Shown here in pieces: positions 24,518-36,857 of a DNA stretch of 64,000 bases. The first letter of the stretch is position 1, and every line of letters begins with the position of its first letter. Source of the DNA: Eledone cirrhosa (Eukaryota). Location of the stretch: positions 320,044,001-320,108,000 of the forward strand of contig OZ024741.1 in NCBI GenBank assembly GCA_964016885.1, written 5' to 3'. The translations under genes were made by a program, and so were the position numbers. The notes under the pieces were generated by a model, which saw nothing but the letters and a program-made list of their open reading frames with translations, was not told the origin of the DNA and did no database searches.

Positions 24518-27500
24518 TCAACAGCAAAGTCTCTCTGGGGGTTTACGAGTTCTCTTGGACCGTCTTCGATTGTCTGGTCCATACTCTGGAACGGGCAACA
24601 AGGTCTTGGGTCTGGTCTGTCTTGGAGTTAGTGGCACGATTTCCAAGATCTCCATCGGGTGATCTGTTGCAAATTCAAAAACAGTGTCTACTGCATCACC
24701 GGGTTCATTGTCTTCCTCAGTAGTGTACCGCGGTTGCAGCTGTTCCCAGTGTCGTCTCCACACCGGGCCATGAGGTATGACCTTAACGTTGAAGCAGCGA
24801 GTACCCAATGACTTCTTAATGATTGCTGGTACCCATCGGGGATCTTTGTCTCGGCGAGGTCCGTAGTACAGTGCATACACAAGATCTCCAGCCTTGTACT
24901 GCCTGGTAACCTTAGCGACACCTGCCGAGTCCGGAGTCATCTGAGATTTATATGCTTCCTTAGACTGCTTGCCTTGAGCGATGTGTGCTGGCGAGGGCAG
25001 CAGAGAATTAATCCTTGTCCGTATCTGCCGGTGATTCAAAAGTTCACTCGGAGAGAATCCACTGGATGTCGGTGTTCTCCGGTACTGCATCAAGAACTCT
25101 TGAAGTGCTCGCTTCGGCGGAAGAGAAGTCTTCCTCAGAGCTTGTTTGAAGGTCTGCACCAAACGTTCCGCTGCTCCGTTAGTAGGTGGGTGGTAAGGTG
25201 CCCCTGTCAAGTGCGTGATCCCACGTTCTTTGCACCAGCTCTGGAACTCCTCAGAAATAAAAGTTGGTGCGTTATCGGTGACTAGCGTGTGAGGAAATCC
25301 GAAGTGCGCAAAGTCTTCTTCAAGCAGATCTAAAGTTGCTCTGGAGGACGTGGAAGACGTAGGATGAATGCATGGATACTTGGAATAAGCATCCTTGATC
25401 ACCAACCAATTACTGCCCATGAAACTTATTGCGTGGTCCAGGTGTAAGCGGCTCCACGGCTTTTCAGGTAACATCCATGGGTGAACTGGAGACTTGGATG
25501 GCTGGTTTTGATGTTCACCACACGAATCACATTGTCGACTGGTTTTCTCTATAGCAGCATCGATACCAGGCCAATAAACAGCAGTTCTTGCCAATTGTTT
25601 CATGCGCTCCATACCAAAGTGTCCGAGATGCAGAAGATTGATGATCTTTGGCTGTAAGCTATGTAGTATCACAACTCTCGATCCATGGATAAGGCATCCG
25701 TGGCAGATACTGAGTGAATCCGATAACTTCCAGAACTTATTGACTTCGTCATTGATCTCAGTATTCTTTGGTGGCCAGCCTTCACGGACGTAGCGTATCA
25801 CTGTAGATATCACTGGATCTTTCCCTGACTCTTGACGGAGGACGTTAGCATCGATAGGTTGGACTTGAAGGCTGAGAGCTTTGATGGCGCACACCATGTC
25901 CATGTCTTCACCATTTTCCTTCCTGTCAAAGTCGATGTCATTACCAAATGGCAAGCGACCGAGGGCATCTGCATTGCCATGATCCGCTGTTTTCCGATAT
26001 TCGATGGTGTAGTCAAACTGGTTCAGCGAGAAGTGGCGTCCCTTTCCTCGGACTGAACAGTGATGTCAGTGGCTTGTGGTCAGTTACGAGTATAAACTGA
26101 TGTCTGTACAGATACTGATAGAACTTCTGCAAACCAAATATGATGGCCAGGGCTTCCTTTTGAATTTGGCTGTAGTTACGCTGTGTAGAAGTAAGAGTCT
26201 TGGACACATTGGATATTGGGCGCTCGCTTCCATCAGGATAGCGATGAAATAGGACTGCTCCAATACCAACGTTTGACGCGTCGCAAGCCAGTCCCAAAGT
26301 TTTGTTTGGATCGAAGTGTATCAGAACTCGATCCGATGAAAGCACATTTATCAACTGATCGAAAGCTGACTGTTCTTCATCTCCCCTCTTCCAAGTAGTC
26401 GTTTTTTTCGTAAGGCAATAGAGTGGCTCTGCCATGCTGGCCAGGTTTGGGATAAACTTTCCATAGAATTGAACTGAACCCAGGAAAGACTTCAAGCTTG
26501 AGACGTTCGTTGGAGGTGGCATCTTTAAAACTGCTTCGACCTTGGATCCCTTCGCGATCCCTTCAGTCGACAAGGTGTGTCCAAGGTCTTCCACACTGGG
26601 TAGTGCAAACTGGCACTTGTCACGGCGACATCTGAGTCCTTTGTCGCACAGACGTGTGAGCAGACACTTTAGGTTGTTCAGGTGATCGTTTGCATCTTTC
26701 CCACTGACGAGCATGTCGTCTTGGAAGACGGCCACTCCAGGTAGATCTTGAGTCAGGTTTTCCATGATCTCCTGAAAGTAACCAGGTGCTGACTTGATTC
26801 CGAAAGGGAGTCGTTCCAGCAGGAGCACCCCACGGTGAGTGCTGAGTGCAAGCCTGCGTTGAATTTCTGGAGCCAGCTTGATCTGATTATAGGCATCAGC
26901 AAGATCAATCTTTGTGTATCCGAATACACCTCCGAGCTTCTGCATCAGTTCCTCTGGGAGTGGCATTGGATGACGATGATCTGCAAGTTGGTCATTAATT
27001 CCCACAAAATAGTCACCACAAATCCGTAGTTTGGGCTTCAGGTTGCCTGAAGTATGTGCTTTACGAATCGGTACCACTGGCGTTCCGTATTCGTTGAACT
27101 GTACTGGCTTCCAGATTCCTTTGGCGATGCCTTCTTCGTAACCTTTGGCCAGGTCATCACGAAGAGCAAACGGGACCGGGCGTGCCTTGTGAAAGACCGG
27201 TGTCACGCCCGACTTGAACTTCACTTCCAGTTCGAAGTCATTAAGACATCCCAATTCAAGCTTGAAGAGATCTGGGAATTCATCACACATGTTGTGACAA
27301 TCTCGTTGCATGGAAATATAGGGCTCATTTGAGGTCTTTGGATGCATCACTTCTGTACCCTCACTCTTGGCCTGGCTGTCTATGCTTTTCAATCCTAGAG
27401 CATTGTCCACGGAAATTCCCAGAGTCTGGATAGCGTTTCGTCCCAGCAAATTAAGATCAGGGATCTTGGTGACGATGTAGGTATTGAATTCCGTTTACCG

Positions 27501-28745
27501 GTCGTTGGATCTTTGGTTTGGCCCATGAAAGTTCCCAGAACGGGCAGGTCGTGCTTGCTGGCAGATTCAAACCGATGTTTGACATCTTGCAGCTTCGGTT
27601 TTCCTAATTGTTTCCAAACTGACAAGGAAACAAAATTGCCTGTAGTAGCTGTGTCCAATTCCATTGTGAAAAGTCTGTTCTGGATTGTTATTGGCACATT
27701 CAAACTATGAGTATCGTGGGGAACTTCACCAAGGATCGCCTTGACTAGCTCAGCTTTCGTGATTCTTTTCACGTAATTCTGTGAGCGATGATTACGTTGC
27801 TGATGTTGTTTCTTTCTACACACCGCTTGCAAATGTCCCTTTTTGTCACAAAAATGACATTTGGCTTCTTTGAAGGGGCAGTCTGTCGCTTTGTGGGCCT
27901 TTCCACATCGGTAGCACATCTCCTGGTCTGTGGAATAAGACTGCTGATGGTTCTTTTGAGGACCCTTGTTCTTGTTCTGCTGGACCTTGTAGACTTGCTT
28001 GGTTTTGGAACCGTAAACAGTTTCCTTGGCGATCTTTGCTGCGTCTTCGGTCCCGATGGCAATTTGGACAGCACGGGCGAAATCTAGTTCTGTATCGTTG
28101 ATCTTGAAAATAACCTTCAACACAGCTTCATTATTGACAGAACATAAATCTCTGTCTTAGAGCTTCATCTTGTGGATTTGTGATCGAAGGAAAATCACAA
28201 GTAGCTGCATCCTGACGTATACGTGCTGCCAGCTCCTGGAGAGTTTCGCCTGGCTTCCGTTGCATGTCACTCCAGAACTTGAAACGTTCTCTCACAATGA
28301 AAAGTTTTGGGTCGAACTGTTCTTTCATGAAGTCAACAATTTCGTCCATTGTCAACTCGTTGATATCCTTAGGCGGATTTTGTTGAGCAGCCAGATTTGC
28401 AAGTTGTTTGTAGATAGCAGCCGTCTGATTAGTCAGGAACACTTTTGCCATGCGTTGCTCGGGTACAGCGTTAGCAGCCACAAACGTGCAGAATCTTGAC
28501 CAGTAATCAGGCCATAGTTCTGTTGTTGAATCAAAAGCAGCAAATGGTGGTATGAATGCCGTTGGTGTCAAAGCAACTGGCGACGCCAATAAACTCTGTT
28601 GTTCAGAATCTCGAGCACCAAACAGCTTTATCAGAGTGTCCATATCATTCTTGTGTTGTTGCATTTGTTGTTCCTGTTGTTGCATTTGTTGTTCCATCTG
28701 TTCTCTAAACAACTTTATTAGCTCCGCTGTTTGTTGTTCCGCCAT
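24518..28745 (-). pseudogene. gag-pol polyprotein, broken by ~3 frameshifts
   Basis: Zinc knuckles CYRCGKAH..C and CHFCDKKGH..C; protease LDTA; RT LPFG and FQDD; RNase H CDAS...EALA...TDH; integrase HHCC and D,D,E. Confidence 0.92.
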
Positions 28746-28830
28746 GTTTTTGTGATAAACAATTTCCCGGCAATGTAGGTAAATCCTATCGGCAATGTAG
28801 GTAAATCCTATCGTCGACGCCAATAAACTC

Positions 28831-29105
28831 TGTTGTATTCCTCTCGGTACTCGCAGAGAAAACACAACGAGTATATCAAATAATTTGTGTAATTTGCGAA
28901 ACAACCAAAACGCCCCTCCTCGCAGTAGCAGAATAACATAAAGTAAGTAAGTAGCAGTCTGTGACCGAGTTTTTAATACCAACGCTGACTGACTGCCCAG
29001 GTCACGTGATTCATATGCAAATGTGTGAGCACGTGTAAATTGAATAGAAATTTAACAGTCCATACAACAATGAGGTTGTGAGTTCGATTCCCAGTCCATA
29101 CAACA
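28831..29105 (-). repeat. 5' LTR
   Basis: Differs from the 3' LTR by about one substitution and one 1-nt indel (by eye). Confidence 0.95.
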
Positions 29106-29208
29106 GATTCTATATGAGCGACTAAACCACTTCATTACACTTCTGTAGCATGACCGCAGTATAATGACAGAGGCCAACAAAAATATGAAAGAATTCATCT
29201 CTATATCC

Positions 29209-29239
<31 letters not shown>

Positions 29240-29241
29240 CA

Positions 29242-29272
<31 letters not shown>

Positions 29273-29571
29273 GTATGTACGCACGTACGTACATACATAT
29301 ATACATACAAACATATATACATACATGCATGCATACGAACATCTATCCGCTTGGTCTATGACTGATTGTCTGACCAAAAGTCTTTCTGTTCGTCCGCTTG
29401 TAACTTTTGTTCGTAATTACAGAGGAATTTTAATTAAATTTGGATTATTCTAACGACATACTGACTGCAACACCAGTCATGCCGACTAATTATCTCGTAA
29501 GACGATTTGCCAACAGAACAAATGAAAGTAGACAATTATTAACATTGTTGTTGTTTCCTTATTATCATTAT

Positions 29572-31975
29572 GACGACCGCAGCACAGTGTTGCGAAAAGC
29601 CAATAACAGCCGGTGAAATACGGGATGCGATGGCTAACTGCACAAGGGGTAAATCGCCAGGTTTGGATGGTCTGCCCTACGAGCTTTATGCATTTATGCC
29701 AGACTTGTTCGGTGACCTCTTGGCAGACGTCTACTGCATCTAGCAGCAGAACGGGAGCATTCCCAGTTTTGTGAGCCGGGGAGCGGTGGCGCTGCTGAGA
29801 AAAGACCCGAACAAGGGGGATGTTATCGATAATTTCAGGCCCATAACCCTGCTAAACGCAGAGTTCAAGATTTTGGCCAAGGTGTTAGCAACGAGGTTGG
29901 CGCTAGTCGTCAAGGGTCTGGTGGGAGAGGCGCAGACATGCGCCATTCCGGACAGATCCATACACGACAACCTCCACCTCATGCGATACATCATAGAGAG
30001 GGTGGTTAAGGAACCTGGCACGGGTGGGACTGATCAACTTGGATCAATCCAAAGCATTGGATAGGGTCGACCATCGGTACCTGGCGGCGGTCCTCGAGGC
30101 AGCCGATTTCGGGCCCGTTTTCAGAGGTTCGATCGCAGCGATGTACAGCGACATTTGCTCAATTGTGAGGCTGAACGGTCACCTGTCAGCATCATGCGCT
30201 CAGTCCGCCAGGGTTGTCCCCTCTCGTCCCTCTTGTATGTATTAGCTCTCGAGCCGTTACTGCACAAATTGGGGGCGATGAGGGGCGTCCTACGCGAACT
30301 AGGATGCGGAAAATCAGAGTCGGCTTACGCTGACGACGTCACCATGGTGGTGTCGAGCACCAGACACGTCCAGATGCTCGGCACCGCTCTCAAGGAATAC
30401 CAAGCGGTGACAGGAGCAAAGATAAACCAGGAAAAGTCGGTGGGCCTGCAGCTCGGCACCTGGAGAGGCAAGTCTATGCCGTCCGACAGCGTCGTGGGGC
30501 GTTGGACGGACGGACCGGTTAAATTGCTCGGGGTCTGGTTCGGACCGGACCTCCAGATGGAGAAAAACTGGAACGAGGTGACGAGCAAGGTGGCCTCCCT
30601 CACCCAGAAATGGGCCGAGAGGAAACCGTCCCTGAAAGGCCGGGCAGAGGTGGCGAATGCGTACATCGCATCCGTCATCTTCTACCGCCTCACCGTCGTC
30701 CCTTGCTCCGGCCCAACTCTCACCAAAATGGAGCGCCTCCTCTTCCGCTTTTTGTGGAAGGGACGCGCTCCCATGGTCAGACGATCCATCTGCTGTCAAC
30801 ATCCGTTGCGTGGAGGACTGGGCATGCCATGGCTGATGATGCAAACATGCGCTGTGATATCTCTGGATCTCTGGTGCTTCCTTGACGGTGAACAGGTGTG
30901 GTCGCCGTTCGCCAGGCACGTTTTCCCACAGCTCGTTTCCTTGTCGGAGCTGCAGTCCTGGGTCAGAAAAAAACCGAGGGATAGCGCTTGGAAGCTGGAA
31001 TGTCTCCAGGCGCTCATTGCCCTCTGCCTGCTGGGCACCAGTATCGGTGGAACATCCACCTCGGCGTTCTATGAAGGACTAGTGGAGGGGAAGAGTGACG
31101 ACGTTCTCTGAGAGATCCTGGTCGTCGAAGAAGATCAGCTGTTTGCTCTCTTCCGGAGAACTTTCAGCCCGGGGCCTATGGATAACTTCCCAAAATCCCT
31201 GGCCTGGCAGTGCAACCGGGGAGCGCTGCCGTTTCGAGATAAGCTCTACAGACACGGAAGTGCCGTCAGCCGAGCCTGTCCGAGATGCGCGCAGAGCGAC
31301 GAAACCGTCGTGCACGCACTCGTTCAGTGCCCGAGCATTGCTGACTTGTGGAGCTATGTCGAACAGTTGCTGTCGTGTATAGGACTGATCCGGTTATCGA
31401 CTGAGTCCAATGTGCAGATGGTCTCGCCGTCTTCCTTCGAGGAGGAAGGGCAGGCGGTTTCCATCTGCCTGGTGGCCATGGCGAAAGAGATTGTGTGGTG
31501 GACAAGGTTGAAAGGGTTAAAGACAGTCACTTTCCTCTTCCGCGAATCCCTAATTAACTTTTTCAAATTACACTTGAAGAGGAAAATCAGGGTGGAGAGG
31601 CAAGTGCTGCCTTCTAGCAAGTTTGTTGAAAGGTGGGAGAATGTAGCGAGAATAGTCACTCTGAATATACGTGTGTAGTTTGAGAAATGGAAAAATTGAG
31701 AGAGGGCGCTTGCCCTGGTGGTCAGGATGGCCGTGGTCTTTTGTGTAGTTTTCGCCACGAGTAACCCTCGGAGGTTTCCGCCCTATTGGGGAATTTTTCA
31801 TTGTTTCAATTTTCATTTTTATTGTTTATATATATATATGTTTCTATGTCCTTTTTTTCTTTTCTTATATAAATAATAAAAATATTTACACGCACAAAAC
31901 CCACATCGTACCGTCCTGTACCGTCCTGTGCCGTCTGTAATGTTTTTCTTGATGTCAGCCCTTGTGGCCAATAAC

Positions 31976-31976
<1 letters not shown>
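29572..31976 (+). mobile_element. 5'-truncated Tx1 element (RT to 3' UTR) with (ATT)n tail
   Basis: PGLDGLPYE, FRPITLL, RQGCP, YADD, CPRC; tail at 31977-32012. Confidence 0.92.
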
Positions 31977-32013
<37 letters not shown>

Positions 32014-32016
<3 letters not shown>

Positions 32017-32934
32017 CGCTTGTCACACAGTATGTGTTGCTGGTGATGTAATGTAATTTTGTTGCTAGCTGCCCACAACCAGAGGAGTGTATTAGCACCT
32101 GCAATTGCTAATCACTTTACTGTGTATCCTGACAGCTTCAAGGAATATTGTTTTCTGTAGGGACTTAAAAATAGCTTTCAATTCATGTAGTCGCAGTACC
32201 AAGCGCCTCGAATGCAACTGAGATCACCTCAACCTTTTTCATTGTCCACAAATGTTTTATCTCCCATACTAATTGTTCGTATCTCTCAACCTTCTTCAAT
32301 TCCTTGTCGTAAACCATATTGTCAGTGCTACAAGTCGAATCCAGAATTAAACATTGTTAACGTTGTTGATCACCATAATATCTGGTTTCTGATATTCCAT
32401 TTCATGATCACATTGGACCATAAAATCTCATAGAATCTTGACTTGATCTTTTCTGTTTCACCCTATCTGTAAATCTTGTGTTTAACATAATTTGTCCTCT
32501 GGACTAGCTCCTGCGCTGCACATATTAACGCTTCCATTTCTGGTGTAAGGTAACTTTTTGTATCCATAGCCACCTCTTCTCCAAACTGGTTTTAGCTTGT
32601 GTCCCTTTAAAATTGCCTGTACCTCCTCTTTACTTTCCATCTCCTTACAGTTTCATTCACTTTTTGTATTACATTTTTTTTTCTTGGCTCTCTCTAATTT
32701 TCAACACATTTTTCTTTTTCCTTTCCAGCAGCAATGGTTTAGTGGCATTTTTTATGTTCCAGGATACGCTATTATCTTCTGATCTCACACATCCTTCACA
32801 ACTGGTGAGTCCTCTCCTTCCTATCTTTCGTACCAAGTATAATCAGTCAACATTACTCCTTGGGGGAAAGGTTCCGTTCATTGTGAGTAGCTCCGTCGTT
32901 TTCCTACCCAGGGATCGTAACTCGATTACGGTCT
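32014..32934 (-). mobile_element. Degenerate R4/Dong-like 3' fragment
   Basis: Minus strand encodes LLTMNG..RSNVD.LYL.R..G.RGL, EALICAAQE and KVERYEQL.WEIK.LW..; shares the (AAT)n tail at 31977-32013. Confidence 0.78.
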
Positions 32935-33781
32935 ACTCAACGCTTTCCTTATCTGCTAACCTAATGAAAAATCTATCTAAATACAATCTAGATGACCCTA
33001 AGCGATTGCGTCATGTTCACACTGGTGCGTTCGGGAAATCTAGTCGGTACCTTTCAGAAAATTGGAATTGTCTGATCAGTCTCTCGACCACTTTCGCATA
33101 GCATGTGTCTAAGATGCCATTTCAGTCTCCCACTTCCAGTAAAAGGTGAGATGTTCCAAGAAAAGCTTCCAGACACCTGAAGAAATACGACCGTCCTGTT
33201 CCACTCGGAGTATAGACGACGACTAACAGTAAAACCTTCGCTATTGTTCACATTCAGGACCACCAACGTTCTATCCGGGTCCAGGGATATCTAGGGATCC
33301 AAGCGTTTCCTGAACAACACAGTCACCTGACCTCTCAGTAGCTTTTGTTGTCACTATTTTCTTTTATTATTCTTGTGATGGTGATGGTGCTGTTGAAATT
33401 TCTAGCAGCGGTCAAATCGTTTCATGCGTTTCTCGTGGTGTGTTGTTGCTGATGTTGTTATTGTTGTTATTATTGTTGTTGTTGCTGTTGTTACTGATCT
33501 TTACAATTTTGCAGTTCCATTCTGCAGTGTGATAGTTCTTCTTTTCAGTAGATGTATATTCCTCGTCCGACATCTTTCTATTTTTAAACAAAAATTGAAA
33601 AGTGTGTTTGATGAACAAGCTCCAGATACCTTATAGATTAAATAAAGAAAAACTACGATCCTGGTTATTGTATCGATGAAGCGGTAACAAGTTTTCAATA
33701 AATAACTTTGAGTAACAAGGACAAATATAACAAACTGACAGGGTTGATGTGTAATACATCTTGAAAGACGCAACAACAAAG
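32935..33781 (-). mobile_element. Internally deleted 5' fragment of a Tx1 element (5' UTR, N-rich ORF1 start, APE fragment)
   Basis: Minus strand encodes VVLNV, DRYRLDFPNAPV and GSSRLYLDR; N-rich ORF 33412-33618; (AAT)n at 33782-33830. Confidence 0.7.
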
Positions 33782-33830
<49 letters not shown>

Positions 33831-33832
<2 letters not shown>

Positions 33833-36572
33833 CTTTCTTTATTAACCACAAGGGTTTACATAAAGTATACATTATGTACAGTACAGGACAATACAGGACG
33901 GTACAAATGGGCATTTCTGCGTCTAAAAAACAAAAACAGAGGATGTAATAAAAAAATAACAATGAAAATTTCCCAATAGGGGGGAGACTTACGAGGGACA
34001 TTTGTGGAGAAAGCCCATTAAAAGGCCACAGTGACCCTGACCACCAGGGCAAGTGCCCTCTCCCAGTTTTCCACCTTTAATTTACAGACGCATACTCAGA
34101 GTAGGCCCATTCACTCGGGCCATTCTTGCTTCTCTCACCCATCTTTCAACAAAATGCTGGGAAGAGAGCACTTCCCTCTCCACCCTGATTTTCCTTTTCA
34201 AATGAAATTTGAAAAAGTTAATGAGGGCATCACCGAAGAGGTAAATGCCCGTCTTCAGCCCTTTCAAACGTGTCCACCATACTATCTCTTTCGCCATGGC
34301 CACCAGACAGATAAAAACTGCCTGCCCTTCTCGGCTAAAGGAAGAGGGCGGGGCTATCCTCACGATGGACTCAGCTGATAGCTGGATCCGTCCTACACGT
34401 GACAGCAGGTGTTCGACATAAACCCACAAGTCAGCAATGCTCGGACACTGGACGAGTGCGTGCAGGACTGTTTCGTCGCCCTGCGCGCATCTCGGACATG
34501 CCCGGCTGACGGCACCTCCATGCCTGTAGAGTTTATCCCGAACTGGCAAAGCTCACAGTTAGCACTGCCAGGCCAGGGATTTCTGGAAGTTGTCCATAGG
34601 CCCGGCCCGAAAGTCCGTCCGAAGAGATTGGCTTGTTGATTTTCGCCGACGTCTAGAGTTTCTCCAAGTACGTCGTCGCTCTTCCCCTCCACTAATCCTC
34701 TGTAGAACGCCAAGGTGGAGTTTCCACCGATCACATTGCCCGATTGGTCGAGGGCTGTGAGCGCCTGAAGACATTCCAGTCTCCAAGCGCTCCCTCTCGG
34801 TCTTGGCTTGACCCAGGACTGCAGCTCCGTCAAGGAGACGAGCTGGGAAAGACGTTTCTAGCAAACGGCGACCACGGTAGATGACGGACGCGATGTACGC
34901 GTTAGCCACCTCCGCTCGCCCTTTCAGGGATAGCTTCCTCTCCGTCCATTTCTGGGTGAGAGAAGCCACGCTGCTCGTCACCTCGTCCCAGTTTTCGTCC
35001 GTCTGGAGGTCCGGAGCGAACCAGACCCCTAGCAATTTAACCGATCCGTCCGTCCAGCGCCCAACGACGCTGTTGGACGGCATGGACCTGCCTCTCCAGG
35101 TGCCGAGCTGCAGGCCCACTGACTTTTCCTGGTTGATCATTGCTCCTGTCACCGCTTCGTATTCTCTTAGCGTAGTGCCGATCGCCTCAATGTGTTTGGC
35201 GTTCGAGACCACTACGGTGACATCGTCGGCATATGCTGACACGGATCTTCCGCATCCTAGTTCGTGCGGGACGCCCCTCAATGTCTCCAGTTTGTGCAGT
35301 AATGGCTCGAGAGTCAATGCGTACAAGAGGGACGAGAAGGGACATCCTTGGCGGACCGAGCGCATGATGTTGAACGGTTCCGAAAGGTGACCGTTCACTC
35401 TCATCACAGAGCAGATGTCGCTGTGCATGGCAGCGATCCATCTCTGAAGATGGGCCCAAAGCCAGCCGCCCTCAGGACTGCCACTAGGTAACGATGGTCG
35501 ACCCTATCGAAAGCTTTCGACTGATCTAAATTGATCAAAGACCCACCCATGCCAGGTTCCCTAGCTACCCTCTCTACGATGTATCGCATGAGGTGGAGGT
35601 TGTCGTGGATGGATCTGTCGGGAATGGCGCATGTCTGAGCCTCTCCCACCAGACCACCAACGACAAGCGCCAACCTCTTTGCTAGCACCTTGGCCAAAAT
35701 CTTGAACTCTGTGTTTAACAGAGTTATGGGCCTGTAATTATCTATGTTATCACCCTTGTTCGGATCCTTTCTCAGCAGTGCCACCGCTCCTCGGCTCACA
35801 GAGCTGGGAATTCTCCCGTTCTGTTGCCAGTTGCAGTAGACGTCCGCCAAGAAGCCTCCAAACAAGTCTGGCATCTGTACGTAAAGTTCATAGGGCAGAC
35901 CATGCAGACCAGGCGATTTACCCCTTGTGCAGCCAGTCATTACCTCCCGTACTTCAGCGGCTGTTATCGGCTTTTCGCAACACTCCGCCTCAGTGGCCGA
36001 GAGCCGCGGCAGTCCGTCAAGGTAGACACTAAAGTCCTTCCCTCGACCCGGCCCACCGCTGCCCCAGAACAGTTGAGCGAAGTGTCGCTGAAAAGCTTCA
36101 CACATTTGCCCGGGATCGAGTAGCATGCGCCCGTCGTGGTCCACCAAAGAGCGGATAGTGGCTTTGTTGCCACGTCGCGCCTCCGCCACTCGGGCCCATT
36201 GAACGGCTTTCGTCCCCTCGTCTCTGAGAGCACGCACCCTAGCTCTCACAACGCAGCCTTCGTGTTTTGCATTGAAGAATTGGTCGGGGCCAATTTCACC
36301 GCAAGCACGTCGGTCGCGATGCCTTTGCTAAGCACCGCGTCTAATTTTCTAACTAAATGTTTTTTTTTGGTTTAAAATAAATATTGGGCACAAAACCCCA
36401 ATAAGCGGTTATTTAACCCCGAAGGGCCAAATAACGGGCAGAAAGACCCCTCTCACGAGGAGGAGAGTGTTATTGTCTACAATTTGGTTAAAGTTTTAAA
36501 CAATTTACAATTGTTATAGCGGTAAAAATTTACAATACCTTACAGAGCCGAGCCTCCGTCAACCCTGGCATT
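33831..36572 (-). mobile_element. Tx1 element (same subfamily as 5798-9371): 3' two-thirds of ORF2 fused to a 5'-UTR-like ~215-bp segment
   Basis: 3' UTR and ORF2 closely match 6880-9371. Junction at ~36357. Flanked by (AAT)n on both sides. Confidence 0.88.
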
Positions 36573-36857
36573 CAATAATAATAATAATAATGATTTCATT
36601 TATTGGCCACAAGGGCCGACATATAGGGGACAATACAAAAGACTGGGACAGTGGGGTTTTATAGAAAAATCGAGTAAACAATATGAATAACAATAACAAA
36701 GTAACAATAAAGTAACAATAAAATTACAACAAGAGAAAATTCCCCAATAGGGGGGATGACCACCTAGGGTTCATTCAGGTACCCCAGCAGTCCTGAACGA
36801 CCCGACGCTTCGAGAGCACCCTGGAAGGGCATCCCTCTCTTCTTCAAATTTACCTAC

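Larger units (their letters stand above)
24208..29105 (-). mobile_element. Ty3/Gypsy LTR retrotransposon (Mag-like), complete, with 5-bp TSD GATTC
   Basis: TG...CA LTRs. GATTC at 24203-24207 and 29106-29110. PBS-like TGGCGTCGACG next to the 5' LTR and purine tract GGTGAGGAGG before the 3' LTR. Domain order gag-PR-RT-RH-IN. Confidence 0.96.
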
